From NCBI GenBank assembly GCA_964418755.1, contig CAYQNS010000082.1:1-16034 (forward strand): DNA of 16,034 nucleotides, given 5' to 3'. A program made the translations under genes and the position numbers. Under the pieces are notes generated by a model that searched no databases, was not told the origin of the DNA, and saw only the letters and a program-made list of their open reading frames with translations. Below are positions 1 to 7,942 of this stretch, piece after piece. The DNA comes from an uncultured Desulfobacteraceae bacterium. GTDB lineage: Bacteria; Desulfobacterota; Desulfobacteria; Desulfobacterales; 4572-123. The first letter of the stretch is position 1. Every line of letters starts with the position of its first letter.

Positions 1-288
1 CTCGAATCAGTGGGAATGCTGGATCAGAAAGATAAATTTCCCGACCAGCTTTCAGGAGGCCAGAAGCAGCGAGTTGCAGTGGCCCGGGCTCTGGTGACAC
101 AGCCAAAACTTGTTCTTGCAGATGAGCCGACTGCAAATCTGGATAAAAAATCTGCAGTAAATGTAATTCGTCTTATGCGCGCCATGCGGGATGAATTCAA
201 AACGACATTCATCTTTTCCACTCATGATCCCGGAGTCATGGAAGAAGCCGAGGTTATTCATACATTAGAAGATGGAAAACTTGTGTAG
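1..288 (+). CDS. ABC transporter ATP-binding protein, C-terminal part (5' end lies outside the window; LolD/MacB-like)
   Basis: Frame 1 is open from base 1. The translation contains the ABC signature LSGGQKQRVAVARAL, Walker B LVLADEPTANLD and H-loop STHD. The stop TAG is at 286-288. An FtsX-type permease gene follows 29 nt downstream. Confidence 0.9.
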   Translation, partial: LESVGMLDQKDKFPDQLSGGQKQRVAVARALVTQPKLVLADEPTANLDKKSAVNVIRLMRAMRDEFKTTFIFSTHDPGVMEEAEVIHTLEDGKLV

Positions 289-316
289 CCGGAAAAAATA
301 ATGGGGGAGAAAAATA

Positions 317-1570
317 ATGATTCGAATTTTTAAAATGGCCCTGCGGAACCTGATGCGATATAAGAGAAGAACTTTGCTGACATCCCTGCTGATCACACTC
401 GGCCTATTGATGGTAATACTTTTTTCAGGACTTGCCGGCTCGTTTAAAGAAATGATGATCGGCCAGATTACCGACTCGAACCTGGCTCATATGCAGATCC
501 ATAAAAAAGGTTATGTTTCTTCTATAGATACTTCGCCGCTAAATCTGGTCATTAATCAAAAAGGTTACAAAACCCTCGAAAAAGTACTCAAGGACAATCC
601 GGATGTTGAGGCGTATGCACCAAGAATCAAGCTAAGCGCCATGCTTAGCAATTATACGGAAACCACCAATATCCGCCTAAATGCGATTGATCCGAAAAAG
701 GAAATCAAAGTTTGCCCCAATGTCAGTGAGCGCATGAAATTCAGTGGCAGCCAAATACCGGATATCCTGCTCAAACCGGGAGAAATCATTATTCCTGAAA
801 AACTGGCCGCAGGTTTGAAGATTAAAATTGGAGCATCCGTGGTGCTTGTAGCCAACAATAAGGATGGCTCTGTAAACGGTCTTAATTTCACGGTGGCCGG
901 TATTATAGAAAGCATTTTAGGGCCCCAGGGCAAGGAAGGATATATGCATATAAAGGATGCTCAATCTTTGCTTCGAATGGAAAAACCGGAAATTATAGAA
1001 ATTGCTTTGCGGATTAAAAAATTTGATAAACTCGACGAGGTTTATGCAGACCTTGAATCCGCCCTGGCAAAGTTTAAAAATGAAAAAGGAAAAACTGTTT
1101 TTGAAATACATACATGGGAAAAGCTTTCTCCATTTTCAAATATTGCCAAGATGATCGATTTGATGACCATAAGCATGCGATTTATCATGATCGCCATTGT
1201 CCTTATAAGCATTTTAAACGTGATGATGATGTCTGTTTACGAAAGGATCAGGGAAATCGGAACAATGTCCGCCATTGGAACCGCTCCAGGCAAAATAATG
1301 GCACTATTTCTGGCGGAAGGATTATCCCTTGGGTTTATCAGTGTTCTGGCCGGTAATATTATCGGCATTGTTGGGATTTATATTTTAAATATTTACAAAA
1401 TCCAGTATGCTTTCGGCAGGCAGGATAATCTTTTGTTGTCTCCGACAGTTAGTTTTTCAGAACTTGCCTGGGTGTCGGCAATCGTTTTGCTGGTTTCGGT
1501 TTTTGCCACTTTACAACCTGCATACAAGGCTTCCAGGATGGAACCGGTTGATGCCCTGGGACATGTATAG
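317..1570 (+). CDS. ABC transporter permease, FtsX/MacB-type (LolC/E-like)
   Basis: 417 aa. It has an N-terminal TM helix (LLTSLLITLGLLMVILFSGL), a large ~230-aa extracytoplasmic domain, then three C-terminal TM helices with an FtsX-domain look (ERIREIGTMSAIG...LQPAYKASRMEPVDAL). An SD GGGGGAG sits ~8 nt upstream of the ATG. Confidence 0.85.
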   Translation: MIRIFKMALRNLMRYKRRTLLTSLLITLGLLMVILFSGLAGSFKEMMIGQITDSNLAHMQIHKKGYVSSIDTSPLNLVINQKGYKTLEKVLKDNPDVEAYAPRIKLSAMLSNYTETTNIRLNAIDPKKEIKVCPNVSERMKFSGSQIPDILLKPGEIIIPEKLAAGLKIKIGASVVLVANNKDGSVNGLNFTVAGIIESILGPQGKEGYMHIKDAQSLLRMEKPEIIEIALRIKKFDKLDEVYADLESALAKFKNEKGKTVFEIHTWEKLSPFSNIAKMIDLMTISMRFIMIAIVLISILNVMMMSVYERIREIGTMSAIGTAPGKIMALFLAEGLSLGFISVLAGNIIGIVGIYILNIYKIQYAFGRQDNLLLSPTVSFSELAWVSAIVLLVSVFATLQPAYKASRMEPVDALGHV

Positions 1571-1661
1571 GACCAAACACAAAGAACAGCCGCAGAGCTT
1601 TGTGGCCAATAAAACCCGAAACAAAAATTAGGAATCATATTTTCGACTGGAGATAAAAATA

Positions 1662-2396
1662 ATGAAGAAAATATTGCTGGTAGTGTTTATGTGTCTGTGC
1701 ATAGCTGCACCGGTGTTTGCCCTCGACGGGAATGAAATGCTCATAAACGTTGATCGCAATCTCAACCCGGAAAGTTTTGAAATGTACAGAAAATTGATCA
1801 ATATTGAACCGGACGGCTCAAAAAAAGAATTTGTGATGTATTCAGTTAAAAAAGGGAAAGATAAGATTGCATCCGTCTTTTTGTCTCCGGCCAGCGAAAA
1901 GGGGAGGAGTACTCTGCGAATCGGGGACAACATGTGGCTTTATATTCCGAATGTAGGTAAGCCTATCCGCATCACCAGTTTACAATCGGTAACCGGAGGC
2001 GTATTTAACAATTCGGATATTATGCGTGTAGATTATAGCGCAGAATACGACTGTGAAAAGGTTGAACCGGCAGAAGATGGACATATCCTTTACCTTAAAG
2101 CAAAAACAAACACGGTTGCTTATGACAAAGTAAAAATGTGGGTTTATGGTACAAGACTTCTTCCGGACAAAATAGAATGCTTCGCTTCATCGGGAATGCT
2201 TATTAAAACGCTATATTTTAAAAATGTTAAAGATTTTGGCGGCGGCCTTGTTCGCCCCGCCGTAATCGAGACCGACAGCCCGCTGTATAAAGGGTATAAA
2301 TCGATTATTATTTTTGCAAAAGTAAACGCAAAAAACCTGCCTGATGAAGTTTTTACTTTAAATTATATGTCAAAAGTGGAAAGTTTAAGGCAGTAA
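1662..2396 (+). CDS. LolA-like outer-membrane lipoprotein-sorting family protein (periplasmic, signal peptide)
   Basis: 244 aa. Signal peptide MKKILLVVFMCLCIAAPVFA/LD. Motifs typical of LolA_like proteins are present (DRNLNPESFEM..., KGKDK..., GDNMWLYIPNVGKPIRI, GGVFNNSDI). An SD GGAG is upstream. The stop overlaps the next start (TAATG). Confidence 0.7.
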   Translation: MKKILLVVFMCLCIAAPVFALDGNEMLINVDRNLNPESFEMYRKLINIEPDGSKKEFVMYSVKKGKDKIASVFLSPASEKGRSTLRIGDNMWLYIPNVGKPIRITSLQSVTGGVFNNSDIMRVDYSAEYDCEKVEPAEDGHILYLKAKTNTVAYDKVKMWVYGTRLLPDKIECFASSGMLIKTLYFKNVKDFGGGLVRPAVIETDSPLYKGYKSIIIFAKVNAKNLPDEVFTLNYMSKVESLRQ

Positions 2397-3727
2397 TGAA
2401 ATTTTTTCATTTATGCACTGGATTGCTTTTGTTTCTTATGGCGGCTGCTTTGCCCTGCCATGCAGATGCAGAGGATCAGGCGTCCGATATGCTTGATCTT
2501 GATTTTGAAATTCCGGAAGTTGAAAAAAAACCCTATACGTTCAGGGCGGAGCTGGAGATAGCGGAAACGGTAAAAAGTCTGGATGAAAGCAGTCTCCTTT
2601 TTTATCAGAAATATCCGGATGGCCGGGACGACACAACCCTGTGGGAGACGGATCTTAACCTGACACTGGAGGGAAGTTACAGGATTGAATCCGTCAATTT
2701 TTATGCGCGGCTAAAGGGCGGTCTCTATCATACCGAAGAGGAAGACTGGCAGACCGACGATCTGACGGAAGAGGCCTATGTATCCTTGCAGCCGAATCCA
2801 TCGATTGCGCTAGATGCGGGTAAAAAAGTGTTGAAATGGGGCAAGGGATATGCCTGGAATCCGGTGGCCTTTTTCAGCCGGCCCAAAGATCTTGATGATC
2901 CGGAGGCAAGCATGGAGGGCTATTTTCTTGCTTCCGGGGATCTGATTAAAAGCATGGACGGCCCGCTTAAAACCATTGCCGTGACACCGGTAATTCTGCC
3001 TGTATCCAGTGACATCAACGATGATTGGAGTGCCGAACGGGAGCTGGTTTACGGGGCCAAGATATATTTTTTTACCTGGGATACCGATCTGGACGTCATG
3101 TTTCTTATAGGCGAAGAAACCAGAGACCGGATAGGATTTGATTTTTCAAAAAACATCTCTTCAAATTTCGAGATCCATGGGGAAGCGGCAATTGTTTTTG
3201 ATTATGAAAAACAAGTTGTCGACAGGCAGGGAGAACTGTCGGCGGACAGATATAATGCGCTGAATTTTCTTGCGGGAATCCGTTACCTGACAGAAGGTGA
3301 CACCACGATTATTTTTGAATACTACAGAAATGGTCAGGGATATACCCGCGGTGAAATCAATGATTATTTTGATCTGATTAAAACAGGGTACCTGGACTAT
3401 TTAGACAGCGGCAATATGGCGGGCCTTGGCTTGAGCAGGGAGCAGGGAGCCCTTTATTACAATCAACAGACAATGATGATGGATTATCTTTATCTGAAAG
3501 TAACCCACAAAGAACCCTTTGATATCCTGTACTTCACACCCGGCATCACATCGGTTTATAATATGAACGATCACAGCCTCTCCATCACACCCCAGGTGAC
3601 ATATACCCCCATCACCAACATCGAGTTTGATATCAAGGCGACCTTTGTTTCAGGTCGCGGCCATACAGAGTATGGCGAAAAGATAAACGGCTCGAAAATT
3701 GTTGCGTCAACTGCTTTTTATTTTTAA
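2396..3727 (+). CDS. putative outer-membrane beta-barrel protein (porin-like), function unknown
   Basis: 443 aa. Signal peptide (LLLFLMAAALPCHA/DA). The sequence is rich in alternating aromatic/polar stretches. The C-terminus ...STAFYF ends in Phe, as in the OMP beta-signal. There is a 1-nt overlap with the upstream LolA-like gene. Confidence 0.55.
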   Translation: MKFFHLCTGLLLFLMAAALPCHADAEDQASDMLDLDFEIPEVEKKPYTFRAELEIAETVKSLDESSLLFYQKYPDGRDDTTLWETDLNLTLEGSYRIESVNFYARLKGGLYHTEEEDWQTDDLTEEAYVSLQPNPSIALDAGKKVLKWGKGYAWNPVAFFSRPKDLDDPEASMEGYFLASGDLIKSMDGPLKTIAVTPVILPVSSDINDDWSAERELVYGAKIYFFTWDTDLDVMFLIGEETRDRIGFDFSKNISSNFEIHGEAAIVFDYEKQVVDRQGELSADRYNALNFLAGIRYLTEGDTTIIFEYYRNGQGYTRGEINDYFDLIKTGYLDYLDSGNMAGLGLSREQGALYYNQQTMMMDYLYLKVTHKEPFDILYFTPGITSVYNMNDHSLSITPQVTYTPITNIEFDIKATFVSGRGHTEYGEKINGSKIVASTAFYF

Positions 3728-3760
3728 CCATCCTCTCGGAAATTTCAAATATTTTTGACA

Positions 3761-3775
3761 TGGCACGTAAAATGC
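3761..3775 (+). promoter_or_regulatory. candidate sigma-54 (-24/-12) promoter
   Basis: TGGCACGtaaaATGC compares with the consensus TGGCACG-N4-TTGC, and the GG/GC spacing is correct. The -12 segment ATGCTTCTA is immediately duplicated (3772-3780 and 3781-3789). Confidence 0.3.
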
Positions 3776-3860
3776 TTCTAATGCTTCTAAACGGTTCGGG
3801 GGTTATTTCCGACATTGCCTCCTGTCACGCCGCTCATCTTGTTTGCGACAAATTGCCCCC

Positions 3861-3889
3861 TTGACAGGCCCTTGGAGTCGGCTTATTTT
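3861..3889 (+). promoter_or_regulatory. candidate sigma-70 promoter upstream of trxA
   Basis: TTGACA (3861-3866), a 17-nt spacer, then TATTTT (3884-3889). It lies ~195 nt upstream of the trxA start. Confidence 0.3.
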
Positions 3890-4082
3890 AAATTTGCTGA
3901 TTATCATGTAATTTACATGCGGGAACCTGCCCGGTTATTATCAGTTCAGAGATTATTAATGGATCAAAAGTTCAATATTTTTTGCGGTCTATGGGTTACA
4001 CTGTGCAACGTTACCATTGTGTAAAGTAACGCATTGTCTGTGCGCGTTTACCGCGGATTTTAATTGAAAGGAGATTTTTAAA

Positions 4083-4409
4083 ATGGCTGAAAATGTATTT
4101 GAGATCAACGACGATAATTTTGAAGAGGAAGTAGTACAGTCTGAAACACCTGTGATGGTGGATTTCTGGGCACCGTGGTGCGGTCCCTGTAAAGCCATAG
4201 GCCCGGTTGTTGCCGAACTTGCCGAACAATTTGGTGATAAGGTCAAATTCACCAAGTGTAACGTGGATGACAGCCCCATGGCGCCTGGGAAATTCGGCAT
4301 TCGGGCGATTCCCACTTTGCTTTTCATGAAAGACGGGAATGTCGAAAATCAGATTGTCGGACTTGTTACCAAGGCCAAGATTGAAGAAGCCGTCAACAGC
4401 CTTCTTTAA
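4083..4409 (+). CDS. trxA: thioredoxin
   Basis: 108 aa with the canonical VDFWAPWCGPCK active site and a GIRAIPTLLFMKDG segment. A strong SD AAGGAG sits ~11 nt upstream. Confidence 0.95.
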   Translation: MAENVFEINDDNFEEEVVQSETPVMVDFWAPWCGPCKAIGPVVAELAEQFGDKVKFTKCNVDDSPMAPGKFGIRAIPTLLFMKDGNVENQIVGLVTKAKIEEAVNSLL

Positions 4410-4455
4410 ACAGGCGGATCGGCTTTTCATGTTGACGGAGGGTGTGAATTTTGTG

Positions 4456-4558
4456 ATCATGATGCGTGTTTATCGTATATTCAATGATAATAAAATGCAG
4501 CCCAAGGCAAGTTTTAGGAGACCGTCAATCATGATAATTAGAATTTATCGGATATTCA
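4456..4558. repeat. pair of direct repeats upstream of the zinc-ribbon gene
   Basis: Unit A is 4456-4483 (atcatgatgcgtgtttatcgtatattca). Unit B is 4528-4558 (atcatgataattagaatttatcggatattca). The shared core TTTATCG(T/G)ATATTCA matches 14/15. Unit B ends 15 nt before the start codon at 4574. Confidence 0.7.
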
Positions 4559-4573
4559 GAGAAGGAGATCGTC

Positions 4574-4777
4574 ATGCCGATTTACGAATATAAATGCGAA
4601 GCATGTGAACATGTTTTTGAGCAACTCGTTTTAAGAAGTGATGAAACTGTCGCATGTCCCGTATGTGACAGTATGGAAACACAAAAACTCATGAGTTCAG
4701 CCGCCTTTCTCGGTGGGACAAGCGGCAGCGGAGGCGGCATTGGCTGTTCATCCGGCGGGTCGTCGGGTTTTTCATGA
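4574..4777 (+). CDS. FmdB-family (CxxC_CxxC_SSSS) putative regulatory zinc-ribbon protein
   Basis: 67 aa. The N-terminus MPIYEYKCEACEHVFE...CPVCDS is characteristic of the family. The tail is Gly/Ser-rich. An SD GAAGGAG sits 7 nt upstream. Confidence 0.85.
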   Translation: MPIYEYKCEACEHVFEQLVLRSDETVACPVCDSMETQKLMSSAAFLGGTSGSGGGIGCSSGGSSGFS

Positions 4778-4827
4778 GCCGGATAAACCAATGCGGCGGT
4801 GCGCCGCATCAAACAAAAAAATCAACA

Positions 4828-4873
4828 TCAGAAATCGCCAATCATTTAACCGGTTGACGATTTCTGAATTTTT
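4828..4873 (+). terminator. stem-loop plus T-run (possible terminator/attenuator or operator) upstream of the RACo-like gene
   Basis: A perfect 10-bp inverted repeat, TCAGAAATCG (4828-4837) and CGATTTCTGA (4858-4867), encloses a 20-nt spacer containing the palindrome AACCGGTT. ATTTTT follows. A separate GC-rich hairpin, ATGCGGCG-gtg-CGCCGCAT, lies at 4791-4809. Confidence 0.4.
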
Positions 4874-4899
4874 AAAAACGAAAGCAAGGATAGCCTCTG

Positions 4900-6999
4900 A
4901 TGGGTAAATGTCTGTGCCATCCGGAAAGAGAGAGTAATTATATCTGTCTCAAGGACAATGTCTATCTGTGTGAAGAATGTCTTAAATGCCGTAATCCTGA
5001 AATTTATTGCAAGTTTCGCGAATCCTGCCCCATCTGGTTTATGGAAAAAAAGGGGTTCCGTGAAGAAGAAAAAATAGAAGAAACGGGCCGGCATGAAATT
5101 TTATTTGAACCCGATGGTAAAAAAGTGGTCGTGCCCGAAGGCTGCACTTTGTTGAAAGCGGCCCAGATTGCCGATGTCCATCTGAACGCCTCATGCAACG
5201 GCAAGGGTTCCTGCGGTAAATGTAAGCTGATCATCGAGTCCGGCAATTATAAGGCCGTCGATACGCCTCTGCTGAGCGACGGTGAAAAAGAGGAAAACTA
5301 TGTCCTTGCCTGTCTGACAAAGGTACACGGCAATATTACGGCCAGGATTCCCGAAGAAGCCCTTGAAAAGAAACTTAAGGTGGCCGGCATGGGTTCCGAA
5401 GCCACGGCCCGGTTACAGGGACTTGTAAAAGATATTACGCCGATGCTGGAGGATATTTCGCTTGAACTCCCTCCGCCCACCCTTGATGATTCCGTAAGCG
5501 ATTTTGACCGGCTCACCCGGGGATTGAAAAAAGCCGGGGTAGATGCGGACCGGCTCAGTGTAGGTTTAAAAGTCATACGCGATCTGGCGGAAACCATGAG
5601 GGACGACAACTGGAAGGTGACCGCTTCGGTGATGCATAAAAAAAGCGTCAATGAAGTATTGAAGGTCAGACCGGGTAATGGACAGCATTCGCCGCTCGGG
5701 CTGGCTGTTGATGTGGGAACCACCTCCATTGTCGTCTATCTGGTGGACATGACCGACGGCAGTATTATAGCGGCGACTTCCGGGCACAACCGTCAGGCTG
5801 CCTGCGGTGATGATGTGATCAACCGGATTGTTTGTGCCGAAAAAGAGGGCGTAAAAAAACTCAGCCGCATGGTGATCGTTACAATCAACAGTCTCATCGG
5901 TGAGGCCCTGGACAGTGCCGGGGTCCCCAAAAATGATATTAAAAATGTGGTGCTCTCGGGCAACACCACCATGACCCATCTGCTGCTGGGCATCGAGCCG
6001 AGGTATATCCGACGCGCACCCTATATCCCGACGGCTTCGGAATTCCCTATTCTCAAAGCGGCAAATCTGGGTTTACGGATAAACCCGATTGCAGCAGTAT
6101 TCATTATTCCCGGCCCGGCCAGTTATGTGGGCGGCGATATTGTCTCGGGCATGATCTACACCGGGTTGCACAGGGAAGACCCGTTGACGCTTTTTATCGA
6201 CGTGGGTACCAATGGTGAAATAGTACTCGGCAATAAGGATTGGCTGATGACCGCCTCCTGCTCGGCCGGCCCGGCTTTTGAAGGTGGCGGGATTCGTTGG
6301 GGAATGCGGGCGGAGGAGGGTGCCGTTGAAAAGGTGACCATTAATCCAGACACGTTTGAGCCGATTTTGACCACAGTGGGGGATCTCCCGCCCCGGGGGG
6401 TCTGCGGCTCGGGCATGATCGATCTGATATCTGAAATGCTGCTTTGCGGCATTATCGATCCGAGGGGCAAATTCGCCCTTGATCCGTCACACCCCCGTAT
6501 GGTGAAGGATGAATATGATACGGCTTATATCCTGGCGTTTGCCAAAGATACCGCCATGCAAAAAGATCTCATTTTTACCGAATCGGACATCAATAGCCTG
6601 ATACTCAGCAAGGGAGCCATATATGCCGGGTTTGCCGTGCTTCTCAATGAAGCCGGGCTGGATTTTTCCATGGTGGATCGGATTTGGATAGCCGGCGGAT
6701 TTGGTCAGTACCTGAATATCGACAGGGCTGTCACCATCGGGATGCTGCCGGATATTGACCGCACGAAATTTAAATATCTGGGCAACAGCTCCATCGGCGG
6801 AGCCTACATGGCGCTTTTATCCGAGCATTATCGAAAAGAAGCCCACCTGATATCCAACAATATGACGTATGTTGATTTTTCCAGCAATAGCCGGTTTATG
6901 GACGAATTTACTTCAGCCCTGTTTTTGCCGCACACGAACCAGAATGCTTTTCCCAGTGTGAAAATCAAAACCGGCAAAATAGAAACCTGCCCAGTGTGA
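4900..6999 (+). CDS. RACo-like corrinoid-activation family protein (plant-type 2Fe-2S ferredoxin domain plus ASKHA ATPase/DUF4445, COG3894) with an N-terminal Cys/His-rich extension
   Basis: 699 aa. The 2Fe-2S motif is SCNGKGSCGKCKL...LAC. ASKHA phosphate motifs are AVDVGTTSIV and FIDVGTNGEIVLG, plus SCSAGPAFEGG, GVCGSGMIDL and IAGGFGQY. Residues 1-44 carry 8 Cys and 1 His. An SD AAGGA is upstream. Confidence 0.85.
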   Translation: MGKCLCHPERESNYICLKDNVYLCEECLKCRNPEIYCKFRESCPIWFMEKKGFREEEKIEETGRHEILFEPDGKKVVVPEGCTLLKAAQIADVHLNASCNGKGSCGKCKLIIESGNYKAVDTPLLSDGEKEENYVLACLTKVHGNITARIPEEALEKKLKVAGMGSEATARLQGLVKDITPMLEDISLELPPPTLDDSVSDFDRLTRGLKKAGVDADRLSVGLKVIRDLAETMRDDNWKVTASVMHKKSVNEVLKVRPGNGQHSPLGLAVDVGTTSIVVYLVDMTDGSIIAATSGHNRQAACGDDVINRIVCAEKEGVKKLSRMVIVTINSLIGEALDSAGVPKNDIKNVVLSGNTTMTHLLLGIEPRYIRRAPYIPTASEFPILKAANLGLRINPIAAVFIIPGPASYVGGDIVSGMIYTGLHREDPLTLFIDVGTNGEIVLGNKDWLMTASCSAGPAFEGGGIRWGMRAEEGAVEKVTINPDTFEPILTTVGDLPPRGVCGSGMIDLISEMLLCGIIDPRGKFALDPSHPRMVKDEYDTAYILAFAKDTAMQKDLIFTESDINSLILSKGAIYAGFAVLLNEAGLDFSMVDRIWIAGGFGQYLNIDRAVTIGMLPDIDRTKFKYLGNSSIGGAYMALLSEHYRKEAHLISNNMTYVDFSSNSRFMDEFTSALFLPHTNQNAFPSVKIKTGKIETCPV

Positions 7000-7430
7000 G
7001 AGAAAAAATGTCCCAGGCCAAGTTTGAAAAAGTAACCCGCTCCGACAGCATCCTTTACGGTTTTAGAAAACTGCTTCTCTGTGGATTTTCGGTTCCCCAA
7101 CAATCTGAATTGATCCGTTTGATACAAAGGGCGGGTGTGACCGATCTGCCGCTGGTCTGGGTGTTGTCCGATCAGGCCGGCATCCGTCTGGCGGACCTGC
7201 TCCATGAACCGGATAATTCCGGCCTGGGAGAGGGTTCGGCCCTTCCCAGGGCCATTATTGTTTCGGGAACCACCGAAAGCGAACTGCACCGTCTCATTGA
7301 TACATACCGACAGTCGGGTATGGAAAAAGCACTGTGGGCAGCGCTGACACCTACTTCCGAAACCTGGTCCATGGAAGCGCTGCTCATGGAATTAAATGCT
7401 GAGCGGGAAAGCATGACGCGGAGAAATTAG
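6996..7430 (+). CDS. small hypothetical protein (tentatively DUF3783-like), overlapping the upstream stop
   Basis: 144 aa from the GTG at 6996, which overlaps the upstream stop as GTGA. An alternative ATG at 7008 gives 140 aa. The DUF3783 assignment is from memory of the family pattern (LLLCGFS...L..L....G..) and is weak. Confidence 0.65.
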   Translation: MREKMSQAKFEKVTRSDSILYGFRKLLLCGFSVPQQSELIRLIQRAGVTDLPLVWVLSDQAGIRLADLLHEPDNSGLGEGSALPRAIIVSGTTESELHRLIDTYRQSGMEKALWAALTPTSETWSMEALLMELNAERESMTRRN

Positions 7431-7600
7431 CAGCGGAATCTTTCAGTTTGTAAAATTTTATTCCCCATTTTTATATTATTGCTGATTCAGGTTGAGTTAT
7501 CATTGCCCAGGTAAACCCGGCCAATTCTCTTGCTATAGCGGTTTTTGCTTTATTCCGGTTTTTGCCTTTTATTACCAATGTCCAGAATCGTTTATGTGGT

Positions 7601-7918
7601 CTAAACCATCCGTTTTGTTTTGCCGTCTAAATATTGCTCCCACTCCATGGGCAGCAGTTGTTTTTTTTTGTTGTTGCATTCCTTGCAGGCCGGGACCACA
7701 TTGCCTTTGGTGCTTTTGCCCCCCCTGGCTACCGGTACGATATGGTCCATGGTAAGTTCCGCCGGAGGTGTGGAATTTCCGCAGTAATAGCATATTCCTT
7801 TTGCCAGGCGCCGTTTCCACCACTGGCTCTGCCGGAGTTCCCGCGCCTTACGCCGTTCCCGTTTTAAATCATTTTCATCCAGATCGTATGCAAAAGGTTT
7901 CATGTTATGAACCGGCAT
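7601..7918 (-). CDS. small standalone HNH endonuclease
   Basis: 105 aa. The HNH/zinc-ribbon core is CYYCG...LTMDHIVPVARGG...NVVPACKECNNKK. The N-terminus is basic (RERRKARELRQSQWWKRR). An alternative start is at Met6 (7903). No clear SD was seen. Confidence 0.85.
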   Translation of the reverse strand: MPVHNMKPFAYDLDENDLKRERRKARELRQSQWWKRRLAKGICYYCGNSTPPAELTMDHIVPVARGGKSTKGNVVPACKECNNKKKQLLPMEWEQYLDGKTKRMV

Positions 7919-7942
7919 TCTTTATCAAGGTTAAAAGGAAAC

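Noticed and set aside
3815-4460. ORFs 3815-4024 (+), 3989-4327 (-) and 4011-4460 (-)
   Set aside because: The first starts at TTG without an SD and has an odd composition. The other two are antisense to trxA.
5004-6470. Several 66-143-aa minus-strand ORFs inside the RACo-like gene
   Set aside because: They are antisense to a 699-aa ORF with multiple recognisable domain motifs. They lack independent starts or SD support.
7539-7573. Tandem ~17-nt T-rich direct repeat (CGGTTTTTGC-TTTATT twice) in the convergent gap between the 144-aa ORF and the HNH gene
   Set aside because: It is real but short. It has no hairpin potential and no obvious role. It could be slippage in a T-rich 3' region, and there is too little evidence to call it a feature.
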